64,000 bases of DNA, from the NCBI GenBank assembly GCA_964623985.1, contig CAZUXG010000002.1, positions 17,106 through 81,105 of the forward strand, given 5' to 3'. Made by a program: the position numbers and the translations under genes. The notes under the pieces were generated by a model. It saw nothing but the letters and a program-made list of their open reading frames with translations, did not search any database and was not told the DNA's origin. The DNA is from an uncultured Thermodesulfobacteriota bacterium (GTDB lineage Bacteria; Desulfobacterota; Anaeroferrophillalia; Anaeroferrophillales; Tharpellaceae). Positions 29,601-38,577 of this stretch are shown piece by piece. The stretch's first letter is position 1. The number at the start of each line of letters is the position of its first letter.

Positions 29601-30000
29601 CTGCAGCAGGGCGCAGAAAACCGACCAATGGGAAAATAGCCGTATCGTCCTGCAAAACAACCCGGGGCTGCACCAAGGTCACCCGACAAAGATGGAAACG
29701 GCGCTTAAATAACCGCTTAAGATCAAAATTGATGATCGCGGTTGCCACTGAAATCTGCTGCACTCCGGATTTGTCAAACACTCGTATACCATCTACACGA
29801 AGGCCTGGACCATTCCGAAAAGTCAACTTCAATTTACCAACGGCAACCTCTCCCGAGATCCGGGACTCCATATATGCGAGCAGCTGAGGCCGGAAATTTT
29901 CCAAATCAATCAGATTCGGAAGGCTGATAAGCAGTAAAAAAAAGCCCAGCAAGGCCAAAGCCCCGATTCTGGAGATAAGCCGCCAGCCCCATTTATGCAT
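26614..30000 (-). CDS. AsmA-family (YhdP/TamB-like) outer-membrane biogenesis/lipid transport protein
   Basis: 1128 aa. N-terminal signal-anchor MHKWGWRLISRIGALALLGFFLL followed by AsmA-like beta-rich repeats. Confidence 0.7.
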   Translation of the reverse strand: MHKWGWRLISRIGALALLGFFLLLISLPNLIDLENFRPQLLAYMESRISGEVAVGKLKLTFRNGPGLRVDGIRVFDKSGVQQISVATAIINFDLKRLFKRRFHLCRVTLVQPRVVLQDDTAIFPLVGFLRPAAVLTNPKNKCKTVKVLPERLTDYLGENVGRRESIGFFRAWRFDADVSQALVEIIDGSVVFTDHGLGRSPILTHLEELNSLFEWHKFGAPAEFTLTARVVDKQGDGSLNIEGSLSALRWPLCPDQMFLDCQVDAENLNAATYFPYYQKYVPMRFIGARVDIDSTYRGNLMGLFRSSGRIVLHQAELDYQQVFSQKLKFNHFLVDYDFRLADRYNTIETLKCTIDADGLKLMGHCLLHEARCGIDGTIEAGLEIPEFDPLTVFQLLPWKVMPEKMRSYYQSLQRGGRCVVENAYLKGDYRRIVRLAEKNPPSGVIGGQLKGKNLLFKIADDWPLLAIGDCRAVLESDSLEVSDFDFSWNGLSGEAVNASLRKLYHDPQIKLTAHCREFSPEHLDFLLGQQFPVSGVRVGPSPLDLRLTGDLRHFPDLQLQGTLHLDWSDVELPFIEQSFESLNCLADFDWESIDFKHLLLKRGESDLSFKGDLSKSGAGLGYVLNGQITGTRFLVDDFLPLPKTVSGKEVITEPESGTASGGASITEVKSEEEKETQRLPGLKVNLEGAIKELLLPADSGPGNTSIQRAPWQSFNDFTFSFSGGPETVVKIKECRWRWGEQESQVSVSGELRSFEGLDGELEVAVKDLDLDALFSRPEPKDEGVEEEPQAGLRNAGKVKVALLNELAQEVKADRVETLLSWKEILARHNLHISARAQSLRWQQMTIDEIECDCSFDALGVNFEKFVGRSFGGDLYASAQWRYDDDYFMVDSELAEINFETLNDYLKNPDRGLPMLGGYGSVNFNLDWQGKSLKSWEESLDGQLDFNFHDGRLKKFTMVANVCSLLNLSQFAALRLPKFSIDQGVPYQTLYGKGTIVDGVLEVEEFALRGPAFNLLSSGLISLVDDWVDLEIGVHPLQTVDKLLATIPVVGYIMTGDKKTFVVIPMTARGPLDDIKIKTQTVSGLGKKAISMIQRFFKTPVRLLRMPGKLLNQVGAKDGSGTAAEIDKK

Positions 30001-30160
30001 AAGACAATCCCGGCACCAACAACGAAACCCGTTTTAAGCACTTTTTAGGTCCACAATCAATCATCGTAAATCATTACCACTGACCAACATCTTTTTGAAG
30101 TTAAAAGTCACTAAGAATAATTTTTCTAGTTTTCCAACTAAAACAAACTTTTTTACAAAT

Positions 30161-30868
30161 TCAACGCCGCACCCGGGCCAAGGTTACGGAACTGACCGAG
30201 GCTGCACCGGCACTTTTCAGAACGCTCGCGGCAGAGCTCAAGGTCGCCCCGGTAGTCAAAACATCATCACACAACAAAATATTTCTTCCAGCTATCCTTT
30301 CCGGCTCCGAAACCTGAAAAATATCCGGCCTCACGTTGAGAGCCCGAGCCCGACGATTCAAAGATGCTTGTTGCGGAGTATCGATGGTTTTGACCAGGAG
30401 GTTATGGCCTAAAGGCTGCTTGAAAAATTCGGAACAACAAGAAGCAATAAAAAACGCCTGGTTAAAACCTCGCTTTCGTAAAGCAGCTTTGAAAAGAGGT
30501 ATTGCGATAACCAGATCGAAAACTAACCCTGAGGATTCCTGACGGGATAAAACCAGCCCCATCAGAACCTTGACCAAAGGGAAAAACTCTTGCCGGTTAT
30601 GATATTTCCAGGCTGGAATGATTTTTTCGAGAGGACCGGAATAGAGATAGCCGGAAAGAACTTTATCAACCTCAGACAACCAAACAGCATCAAGACTTTC
30701 TTCGCAACTTTGCAACTGCTGCCGGCATGAAACACAAAGATAGTTTTCTAGAACTTGATTCTTGGTTGGATAACTTAAGGGGTGAGAGAGGAAAACGGAA
30801 CAAACCAAGCAACGGCGAGGAAAAATGATATTGAGAAGAGCGGTGGCAAAAGCGAAAAGATCAGTCAC
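30161..30868 (-). CDS. comF: ComF/GntX-family phosphoribosyltransferase-domain protein
   Basis: N-terminal CxxC...CxxC zinc-finger (CLVC...CVSC) and C-terminal PRTase motif ILLCDDVLTTGATL. Confidence 0.75.
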   Translation of the reverse strand: MTDLFAFATALLNIIFPRRCLVCSVFLSHPLSYPTKNQVLENYLCVSCRQQLQSCEESLDAVWLSEVDKVLSGYLYSGPLEKIIPAWKYHNRQEFFPLVKVLMGLVLSRQESSGLVFDLVIAIPLFKAALRKRGFNQAFFIASCCSEFFKQPLGHNLLVKTIDTPQQASLNRRARALNVRPDIFQVSEPERIAGRNILLCDDVLTTGATLSSAASVLKSAGAASVSSVTLARVRR

Positions 30869-30885
30869 TTATTTAGGGTACCTCG

Positions 30886-30950
30886 AAAAATTATCTTTGG
30901 GCCCGATAGCTACGTTAGGTTCAAATTTTAATCCTCAAAATATTCAATAT
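30886..30950 (+). repeat. Full copy of the ~70 bp intergenic repeat family
   Basis: GGGTACCTCGAAAAATTATCTTTGGGCCCGATAGCTACGTTAGGTTCAAATTTTAATCCTCAAAATATTCAAT. Near-identical copies lie at 9106-9177 (inverted) and 15202-15250, with a partial copy at 1251-1277. Confidence 0.6.
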
Positions 30951-31115
30951 ATTCATGCGTTTAAAATCCTCGCCTGCCTTGCTCTTAAACAAAAATTCTA
31001 ATTTTTCAAAAACACCCTTTAGTGGTCAGTGATCAGGGTCTTACTAACGACTGGCCACTAAAAACGAATTTTATTAAATTCAGAAAAGACAAACTTTAAC
31101 CATCTCACATTAAAA

Positions 31116-32687
31116 TCAATCAGCAACCAACAAACTAGTGCCGGTCATGGCAGCCGGTTTTTCAAACCCCATGAGCTGCAACAGGGTTGGGGCAATGTCA
31201 GCCAAGATGCCTCCCGTGCGAAGACTGTAACCGAAAGTCTCCCGACCAAAGACAACCAAAGGCACAGGATTGGTTGAGTGGGCGGTAAACGGATGACCGG
31301 CCGTATCGAGCATAACTTCAGCATTGCCATGATCAGCAGTAATCAAAGCGACGATGCCTTGCTCCTCAAACTTCTCAATAATCATACCCAAACAACTGTC
31401 AACCGTTTCACAAGCCTTGACCGTGGCGGGCAGATCACCGGTATGGCCAACCATATCACAATTCGCAAAATTCAATACAATAAGATCATAGAAACTTTTA
31501 TCGAGCCGCTGAATCAGCTCTTCGGCAACGGCAAAGGCACTCATCTCCGGTTTCAGATCGTAGGTTTTCACATCTCGCGGAGATGGAACCAAACAACGCT
31601 CCTCCCCGGGGAAGGGCTCTTCACGGCCACCGTTAAAAAAGAAGGTAACATGAGCGTATTTTTCGGTCTCGGCAATCCGTAACTGGCACAAACCCCGATC
31701 AGCGATCACCTGCCCCAGACCATCTGGTAGGGTTTCCGGAAGAAAGGCAACCGGCAGACCGAAATTCACATCATACTCGGACATACATATAAAGGCACCA
31801 AGCTCGGGAAAACAGGGACGCTGAAAACCGCTGAAATCATTTCCGGTCAGAGCCATAGTAATTTCACGAGCCCGATCACCGCGAAAATTAAAAAAAATAA
31901 CTCCGTCACCACTCCTGATCAGGGGCAGTTCTTGATCCCCATTAGAGATAATCAAGGGCTCGACAAACTCATCGTAGACCTGACGCTCATAAGACTTCAA
32001 AAGAGCAGTCGAAGCATCAGGAAAACATTCCCCCTCTCCGAGAACCAACGTTCGCCAATGACGCTCTACCCGATCCCAGCGCTGATCCCGATCCATCCCG
32101 TAAAAGCGGCCGCCAAGACTGGCAATCCGACCACAACCTAACCCGGCAAGAAAGGCTTCCAGGCGACGCACATAAGTAATACCACTGGCTGGAGGAGTAT
32201 CCCGCCCATCTAAAAAGGCATGCACATAAACCCGTTCAAGGCCCCGCTGCGCGGCCAGCCGCAAAAGGGCCTCAAGATGTTCCTGATGACTATGTACCCC
32301 ACCATCCGACAAGAGGCCTAACAGATGTAAGGATCTCTCTTTTCCGGTGGCCGCCTGAAAAGCTTTTTCAAGAGCTTGATTATCAACCAGAGAACCATCG
32401 GCAATGGCCCGGCTGATCCTCGTCAAATCCTGATAAACTATGCGACCGGCCCCGATATTGGTATGACCGACCTCGGAATTACCCATCTGTCCCGCCGGCA
32501 GACCGACATCAAGGGAACTGGCACCCAAAGTTGTCCAGAGACACTCCTCTAGCAAGCCATCAAAAACCGGAGTTCGGGCCTGACAGATAGCGTTACCGGG
32601 TCCGGCTTCCGCCACCCCCCAACCATCGAGAATAATCAAGGCAACCGACTGGTTAGACAAAAGAACAGATCCTTTCAGAAAAATCAT
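31116..32687 (-). CDS. gpmI: 2,3-bisphosphoglycerate-independent phosphoglycerate mutase
   Basis: LIILDGWG start region, the metal-binding DGGVHSH motif and C-terminal ADHGN. The start was set at the internal Met (MIFLKG...) to give about 523 aa; the longest ORF extends to 32774. Confidence 0.85.
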   Translation of the reverse strand: MIFLKGSVLLSNQSVALIILDGWGVAEAGPGNAICQARTPVFDGLLEECLWTTLGASSLDVGLPAGQMGNSEVGHTNIGAGRIVYQDLTRISRAIADGSLVDNQALEKAFQAATGKERSLHLLGLLSDGGVHSHQEHLEALLRLAAQRGLERVYVHAFLDGRDTPPASGITYVRRLEAFLAGLGCGRIASLGGRFYGMDRDQRWDRVERHWRTLVLGEGECFPDASTALLKSYERQVYDEFVEPLIISNGDQELPLIRSGDGVIFFNFRGDRAREITMALTGNDFSGFQRPCFPELGAFICMSEYDVNFGLPVAFLPETLPDGLGQVIADRGLCQLRIAETEKYAHVTFFFNGGREEPFPGEERCLVPSPRDVKTYDLKPEMSAFAVAEELIQRLDKSFYDLIVLNFANCDMVGHTGDLPATVKACETVDSCLGMIIEKFEEQGIVALITADHGNAEVMLDTAGHPFTAHSTNPVPLVVFGRETFGYSLRTGGILADIAPTLLQLMGFEKPAAMTGTSLLVAD

Positions 32688-33990
32688 AACTGTTGTAACT
32701 TTCACAATGCGGGCAGCGGTATTTCCAGGAAGGTGATAGAGAGCCACAAACCTCGCAACCAAATACCGGTTCAAGACGCTCAGAACAGCCTAATGCTTTT
32801 TTGAAATGATCAACCGCAACCTCCAATCGATGCTCTTTACGACAAGCCAGTTCACCGGCCAGAATCTCCAAAAAGGGACCGGTAAAACCACTTTCCCGCA
32901 ATCTTTTGGCCGCCTCTTCAGCTTCATCAAACTTCTGATGTTCAAGGCAAAAACGGGCATAAAGCCAGCGGGCAGGACAATATTCAGGATTTCTCGAAAG
33001 AACTTTACGATAAAATTTTAAGACTTTAACGGCACTGTTTTCCGGGTCATCCTCAACCTGCAAACGCTCACCCTCAAGCAAAAATATGGCGCTCGGTTTT
33101 TTCCAGAAACCACTTTTGAGAACACTTAAAGCATCGGCGGCTTTGTCCTCCATTTCAGCTTTAAGCAAATAGGCCGCAATATGTTCTTTATCATAATCAA
33201 AAACCAGTTTCAGGGAAGCTCCGGCAGCATCTCTATTGCTGGCCAACCATTGCTGCCGCGCCAGCTCATAAGCACAATTAGCGATGCCGCTGATGGCCTT
33301 TTTCTTTTCCTGGGAACCCTTGGCTTCCCCTTTGCTGATATCCTGCCAGACTTCCAGAGCTTCCCGCCAATATCCACGGCTACTGAACTGTTCAACAAGC
33401 ATGGTCATCAAAGCCCGATTACGAGGATAGCGGGCTTTCATAAAGAGCAGCTGATTGGTCATCCGCAAGGGATCGTCAAGTCCTTGCAAAGCTTGGATAC
33501 GATACCAGTGCAAACGTGGGTCCTCAGAACTGTGCTCAAGTGCCGCATCAAGCGTTTTCAGGGCCTTGTCAGGCTGCCGTTCACGTAACTGCAGGCGGAT
33601 CAGAGCCAGAATCGCTTCCATATTTTTTTTGTCAAGCTTAACTACCTTATGAAGGCTGGCTACCGCTTTTTTGGTTTCACCTTTAAACCCGGCCACAACC
33701 CCTTCAAATAGGGCTTGTTGAGCCAATTTTTTCTTTTTATCTTTCAGGTTCCGGGAAAAATCACCGACCTGCCGTTTTAAAGCCAGCAAAGAGAAGAAGA
33801 TCCCACTGCCAAAGCCGCCCATGGCAATTGCCACCAACATAAAAAACGGCATGGTACCGTCAACCTTAAACCCTTGGGTCAGGGCAACGGAGGTTTCAGT
33901 CGGATTCAGGTAGACCAGATAGGCCGCCCCTAAAAGCACCAGCAAACCACCAAAAAGCATTATACGGTAAATCATAAGACCTAAATCCAC
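32653..33990 (-). CDS. TPR-repeat protein with N-terminal TM helix and C-terminal rubredoxin-type zinc ribbon (LapB/YciM-like)
   Basis: 445 aa. N-terminal hydrophobic helix, multiple TPR-like helical repeats, and C-terminal CEVCG-X9-CPHC. Confidence 0.5.
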   Translation of the reverse strand: MDLGLMIYRIMLFGGLLVLLGAAYLVYLNPTETSVALTQGFKVDGTMPFFMLVAIAMGGFGSGIFFSLLALKRQVGDFSRNLKDKKKKLAQQALFEGVVAGFKGETKKAVASLHKVVKLDKKNMEAILALIRLQLRERQPDKALKTLDAALEHSSEDPRLHWYRIQALQGLDDPLRMTNQLLFMKARYPRNRALMTMLVEQFSSRGYWREALEVWQDISKGEAKGSQEKKKAISGIANCAYELARQQWLASNRDAAGASLKLVFDYDKEHIAAYLLKAEMEDKAADALSVLKSGFWKKPSAIFLLEGERLQVEDDPENSAVKVLKFYRKVLSRNPEYCPARWLYARFCLEHQKFDEAEEAAKRLRESGFTGPFLEILAGELACRKEHRLEVAVDHFKKALGCSERLEPVFGCEVCGSLSPSWKYRCPHCESYNSYDFSERICSFV

Positions 33991-34164
33991 AATTGAAAGG
34001 TTAAATAGATGGCGTTGATAAAAAAGCAGAAATCGGACGGCATAGTAAAAGCTTCAGATTCGAGGCGTCCAAATCCTGATGAATGAGGCGTACACAAAGT
34101 ACGCCGCAATGACAAAGGTTTTGGATAACGAAGAAGGTGGAGCTTTTTCGAAGCCGTCAAGCCC

Positions 34165-34638
34165 TCAGTAATGATAGGGCTCATTGTTAATAATAGTCAG
34201 AGCCCGGTAAAGCTGTTCAAAAAGCAATAGGCGGGCCAATTCATGGGGAAACGTCATCGGTGACAGTGATATCAGATGATCGGCCGCCTTACGCAATGAA
34301 GGATCATAACCAAAAGGACCACCACAGAAAAAAACCAGGTTTTGATGACCGCCTTGGAGAATACGTTGCAAAAATAGTGCAAAATCACGGCTTCCCAGAC
34401 TTCGCCCCCGCTCATCCAAAAGCAGTTTAAGTCCTGGGGTTTTATTGAATTCACCAAGCAATCTCGGCCCCTGACGCCGACAAAAAGCGGCCGGGGTTTC
34501 CCTCCGACCCGGCTTCTCCTCCCGGATCTCTTTTACGTCACAGACAAGATAGCGACTCAGGCGACGACGATATTCGACAATCTCCTGATGATAAGCCACA
34601 TTTCTGGTCTTACCAACCATCAGCAGCTGCAAACGCAT
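34165..34638 (-). CDS. rlmH: 23S rRNA (pseudouridine1915-N3)-methyltransferase RlmH
   Basis: 157 aa SPOUT-family protein with typical RlmH N-terminus MRLQLLMVGKTRN. Confidence 0.85.
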   Translation of the reverse strand: MRLQLLMVGKTRNVAYHQEIVEYRRRLSRYLVCDVKEIREEKPGRRETPAAFCRRQGPRLLGEFNKTPGLKLLLDERGRSLGSRDFALFLQRILQGGHQNLVFFCGGPFGYDPSLRKAADHLISLSPMTFPHELARLLLFEQLYRALTIINNEPYHY

Positions 34639-35033
34639 TAATGCTTATCCCCCCATTCATCCCCTTGACGTTCATCGAGGATAACCGGAGCATCGCGCCA
34701 GACCCCTTCAAGATCATAGTGGCGCCTGATCTCCTGATAGAAAATATGGACAATAACATCGCCATAATCTATCAGGGCCCAACGGCCATCTTTCAAGCCT
34801 TCACTACCCAAAGGCTGATAGCCCTGACGTTTCATCTCCTGGGCCAGATATTCACTGACCGCCTGGACATGACGATCGGAGTGACCACTGGCAACTACTA
34901 AGGTATCGGTAACCGAGGAGATACCCCGCAAATCAAGAATAACCAGCTCCTCAGCTTTTTTCTCTTCAAGTAAACTCTTGATCAAGGAAAGTTTTTTATC
35001 ATCCTGTAGAGCCCTAACATGGTTTTCACTCAT
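34638..35033 (-). CDS. rsfS: Ribosomal silencing factor RsfS (Iojap)
   Basis: Motif LVVASGHSDRHVQA...WALIDYGDVIVHIF. Start placed at the internal Met for a typical length; the longest ORF extends to 35093. Confidence 0.8.
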   Translation of the reverse strand: MSENHVRALQDDKKLSLIKSLLEEKKAEELVILDLRGISSVTDTLVVASGHSDRHVQAVSEYLAQEMKRQGYQPLGSEGLKDGRWALIDYGDVIVHIFYQEIRRHYDLEGVWRDAPVILDERQGDEWGDKH

Positions 35034-35126
35034 TAAATATACTACCCTCATAAAAAGTTTAAAAAAGGATGGAAAAGGAACAATTTCAACCACTAACCGA
35101 TTATAGCTAGCAATTAATCACTTAGC

Positions 35127-35801
35127 TCAGGAAACATACAACCCGTTTCTGTAAATATAGTTGGCCACCGCATCAGGTACCAGATAGCGCAATGAACGAC
35201 CTGCCGCCGTTTCGCGCCGCACCTGAGTTGAGGAAATATCAAGCCGGGTCACGGCCATAAAATGGAGACTATGCCCGGAAATGTGCAGGTAACAAGAGTC
35301 CTTCTCATAGCAAAATTCATCTTGAAGCGCAAATGGAAAAAGCGACTCTGTGGAATCTTCGGCCCACGGCCGCAGCCCCTGCCTGGAGATAACAATGAAA
35401 TTCGCCAGGGAAAAAAGTTCTGGAAAGGAATACCAGGTTCCAATTTCGCACCAGGCATCCCAACCAATCACAAAATAGAGTTCGGCTCCAACGAAACGCT
35501 TTCTGAAGTAAGCCAAGGTCTCAATTGAATAGGAAGTTCCTCCTTTACGACATTCATAAGAGCTGCTGCCGAAAAAGGGATTGCCGCGCCGCGCCTGGCG
35601 CACCATGGCCAATCGATGTTCCGCTGCCGCGACCTCGGTTTCACCTTTATGCGGAGGCCTAGCCGACGGAACCAGATATACCTTTTGCAAGGCAAAAGCC
35701 TGACGCACCTCTTCCGCAGCCCTTAAATGGCCGTTGTGAATCGGATTAAAGGTACCGCCAAGAATGCCGATCTTCCTACTCTCTGATTTGACCGTCGCCA
35801 T
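35127..35801 (-). CDS. nadD: Nicotinate-nucleotide adenylyltransferase
   Basis: IGILGGTFNPIHNGHL nucleotidyltransferase (H/T)xGH motif. Confidence 0.85.
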   Translation of the reverse strand: MATVKSESRKIGILGGTFNPIHNGHLRAAEEVRQAFALQKVYLVPSARPPHKGETEVAAAEHRLAMVRQARRGNPFFGSSSYECRKGGTSYSIETLAYFRKRFVGAELYFVIGWDAWCEIGTWYSFPELFSLANFIVISRQGLRPWAEDSTESLFPFALQDEFCYEKDSCYLHISGHSLHFMAVTRLDISSTQVRRETAAGRSLRYLVPDAVANYIYRNGLYVS

Positions 35802-37032
35802 AAATAATATATTTGGTAGTCGTCAAGCCCTCAAGCCCCATGGGACCATAGGCATGAAGTTTGGTCGTGCTTATCCCGATCTCGGCCCCCAACCCCAGCT
35901 GCCCGCCGTCGGAAAAGCGGGTTGAGGCATTAACCATTACAACCGATGAATTGACTTGACGCAAGAATTCCTGAGACCGGTGATAATCGGATGTCACAAT
36001 CGTTTCCGTATGATCTGAACCATACCGGGTGATATGGGTAACTGCCGAAGCAAAATCATCAACCACCTTAACTGCAACAATCAGATCAAGATATTCAGCC
36101 GCCCAGTCCTCATCGGTCGCCGGGACCAGCTGGGGAAGCAGAGCCAAAGTTCTGGCACAGCCTCTGATCTCAACCTGCTTTTCCTGTAAATCGGCGGCCA
36201 TCAAAGGTAGAAAGCTTTCCGCGATATCCTGATGCACTAAAATTGTTTCAGCCGCATTACAGACCCCGGGCCGCTGAACCTTGGCATTAACAACAATCTT
36301 TCGGGCCATCCCGACCTCGGCCCCGGCATCAACAAAAACATGGCAAACCCCTTTATAATGTTTGATCACCGGAATCCGGGAATGCTCAACGACAAAACGG
36401 ATCAACCCTTCGCCGCCACGCGGAATAATCAGATCGATCTCCTCTTCACACTGCAACAGATAATTTATTGCCTGACGTTCAACAAAAGGTACAACCTGAA
36501 TCACGGATGATGGAATTGAAGTTGTTTCAAGAGCTTCATGTAAGACCTCAAGCACCGCCATATTTGAGTAAAAAGCTTCAGACCCACCCCTGAGGATAAC
36601 CCCATTCCCCGACTTAAGACAAAGTCCGGCAGCATCAGCGGTCACATTGGGCCGAGACTCATAGATCATACCGACAACCCCCAAGGGAATCCGCATCTTA
36701 CCCACCAGCAACTGATTCGGACGCCGCCACATGCGCACCACTTCACCCACCGGATCGGCAAACGCCGCCACCTCTTCAAGACCTGAGGCCATCGCCTCAA
36801 TAACCTTATCACTCAAGGCCAGACGATCGATCAACGCTGCACTGAGACCCTTTTCTCGGGCCTTTTCCAGATCAAGTCGATTGCGCTCCTGTAAAAAATC
36901 ACGCCGCCTTCTCAAACCGGCGGCCATCGCCAATAAAGCTTTATCTTTTTCCGGGGTCGGCGCCGCCGCCAGCACCCGGGCCGCCTCTTTGACCTGGACT
37001 GCCAGTTCCCTGATCTTTTTTTCAATACCCAT
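35776..37032 (-). CDS. proA: Gamma-glutamyl phosphate reductase (glutamate-5-semialdehyde dehydrogenase)
   Basis: 418 aa aldehyde-dehydrogenase fold, with the catalytic Cys region and standard proB-proA order. Confidence 0.85.
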   Translation of the reverse strand: MGIEKKIRELAVQVKEAARVLAAAPTPEKDKALLAMAAGLRRRRDFLQERNRLDLEKAREKGLSAALIDRLALSDKVIEAMASGLEEVAAFADPVGEVVRMWRRPNQLLVGKMRIPLGVVGMIYESRPNVTADAAGLCLKSGNGVILRGGSEAFYSNMAVLEVLHEALETTSIPSSVIQVVPFVERQAINYLLQCEEEIDLIIPRGGEGLIRFVVEHSRIPVIKHYKGVCHVFVDAGAEVGMARKIVVNAKVQRPGVCNAAETILVHQDIAESFLPLMAADLQEKQVEIRGCARTLALLPQLVPATDEDWAAEYLDLIVAVKVVDDFASAVTHITRYGSDHTETIVTSDYHRSQEFLRQVNSSVVMVNASTRFSDGGQLGLGAEIGISTTKLHAYGPMGLEGLTTTKYIIYGDGQIRE

Positions 37033-37056
37033 AATCTATAATCTCCATTAACAAAC

Positions 37057-38184
37057 TCACAAAAGTGCTAAATTATCCCGATGGATAACTTCGGCCCCCG
37101 CGGCATAACCCAAACACTCGGCAATTTTGCGAGAGTGCAGACCGGCAATTTTTTCAATATCTGAAGAACTGTAAGTAACCAACCCGCGGGCTATCTCCAG
37201 CCCTTTGAGATCACGGCAGGAAACCGGATCCCCGACCCCAAAATCACCTTCGACCCGGGATACCCCTGAGGGCAGCAGACTGGTACCACGCTCAACCAGA
37301 GCCCTAACCGCACCACCATCCAGGTAAATACTGCCGCAGGGATTGACGGCAAAGGCGAGCCAGTGCTGACGACAGCTCAAACGATTGGACCGTGGCAGAA
37401 AAATAGTGCCCTCATTCTCACCGGCCAGAACACGGCCCATGACCCCGGGACGCCGGCCGTTGGCAATAACAGTCGGAATCCCGTAAGCCGCAGCTTTACG
37501 GGCCGCTTCCAGTTTACTGAGCATGCCGCCAGTACCAACCGCACTCTTGGTGGCGCAGACAAAAGCTGTAACTTTATCATCAACTTCGTCAATCAGAGAT
37601 ATCAAAGAAGCCCCGCCAACCGCTTTGGGATCACAATTATAGACCCCGTCAAGATCGGTCAACATCAACAAAAGATCGACTTCGGCCAGGGAAGTCAAAA
37701 GGGCGGCTAAATTATCGTTGTCTCCAAATTTTATTTCCCGCACGACGACGGTATCATTTTCATTGACCAACGGCAAAATTTCAGCGTTGAGTAACGCCAT
37801 CAAGGTATTTCGAGCATTCAAATAACGCCGCCGGTTGCGAATATCATCAGCCGTCAGCAGCACTTGAGCGACCACTTGATCATGGGCCGCAAATTCCTGT
37901 TCATATTGCCGCATCAAACGCAGCTGACCAACTGCTGCACAAGCCTGTTTTTCCGGAATAGTTAAAGGTGGAACCGTAAAACCCAAAGCCTCAAGACCGG
38001 CGGCAACCGCCCCGGAAGTGACCACGATAAAGCTATAGCCCTGACGTCTTAACTCCGCTATTTCACTGGCAAAACGCGTAAAAAAAGAGGTGTTCAGGCG
38101 ACCATTGTCGGTCAACACAGCACTGCCAAGCTTAACAACCACCAGCTTTACATTCTCAAGATTTGTCCGGCGTATATTTTCCAT
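37057..38184 (-). CDS. proB: Glutamate 5-kinase with C-terminal PUA domain
   Basis: VVKLGSAVLTD amino-acid-kinase N-terminus. 375 aa, consistent with the PUA-containing form. Confidence 0.85.
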   Translation of the reverse strand: MENIRRTNLENVKLVVVKLGSAVLTDNGRLNTSFFTRFASEIAELRRQGYSFIVVTSGAVAAGLEALGFTVPPLTIPEKQACAAVGQLRLMRQYEQEFAAHDQVVAQVLLTADDIRNRRRYLNARNTLMALLNAEILPLVNENDTVVVREIKFGDNDNLAALLTSLAEVDLLLMLTDLDGVYNCDPKAVGGASLISLIDEVDDKVTAFVCATKSAVGTGGMLSKLEAARKAAAYGIPTVIANGRRPGVMGRVLAGENEGTIFLPRSNRLSCRQHWLAFAVNPCGSIYLDGGAVRALVERGTSLLPSGVSRVEGDFGVGDPVSCRDLKGLEIARGLVTYSSSDIEKIAGLHSRKIAECLGYAAGAEVIHRDNLALL

Positions 38185-38497
38185 TATCCTGCACTTCAGT
38201 TCACAAAACCATCAATATTTCCCCCGTAAACCTAGTGTAAAAAACCGTAATTGTCAAAAAATATCTTGTTACCTTCATAAAAAGTCAACTGCGCCCTGAG
38301 CTTCAACGAAAAAGTACTCTTAAAGTGCTTTGTTCCGCAAAACCTTCGTCATGACGGACTTGATCCGACATCCAGAACATATTAAAATCACAGCCTTCCA
38401 GCTTTCGCCGAAAAGTTGTTTTAGCAGAATCACCAACTATTCATGAAGCCCTTAATAATCATCAAAGTAAAAATTTCACTTGAATCAAACTTGACAA

Positions 38498-38513
38498 TGT
38501 GATAACTATCACA
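38498..38513. promoter_or_regulatory. Candidate Rex operator (perfect palindrome TGTGATAACTATCACA) upstream of rex
   Basis: 16 bp perfect palindrome resembling the Rex box TTGTGAA-N4-TTCACAA, about 65 bp upstream of the rex start. A TTGACA sits immediately 5' of it. Confidence 0.5.
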
Positions 38514-38577
38514 GGATCGTAATTAATACAGGCTTAATGAGATATTCGATAACCTTTTTTAGGAAAAAGGACCGATC

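Noticed and set aside
33981-34184. 67 aa ORF between the lapB-like gene and rlmH
   Set aside because: Overlaps both neighbours' ends, has no RBS, and its composition is not protein-like.
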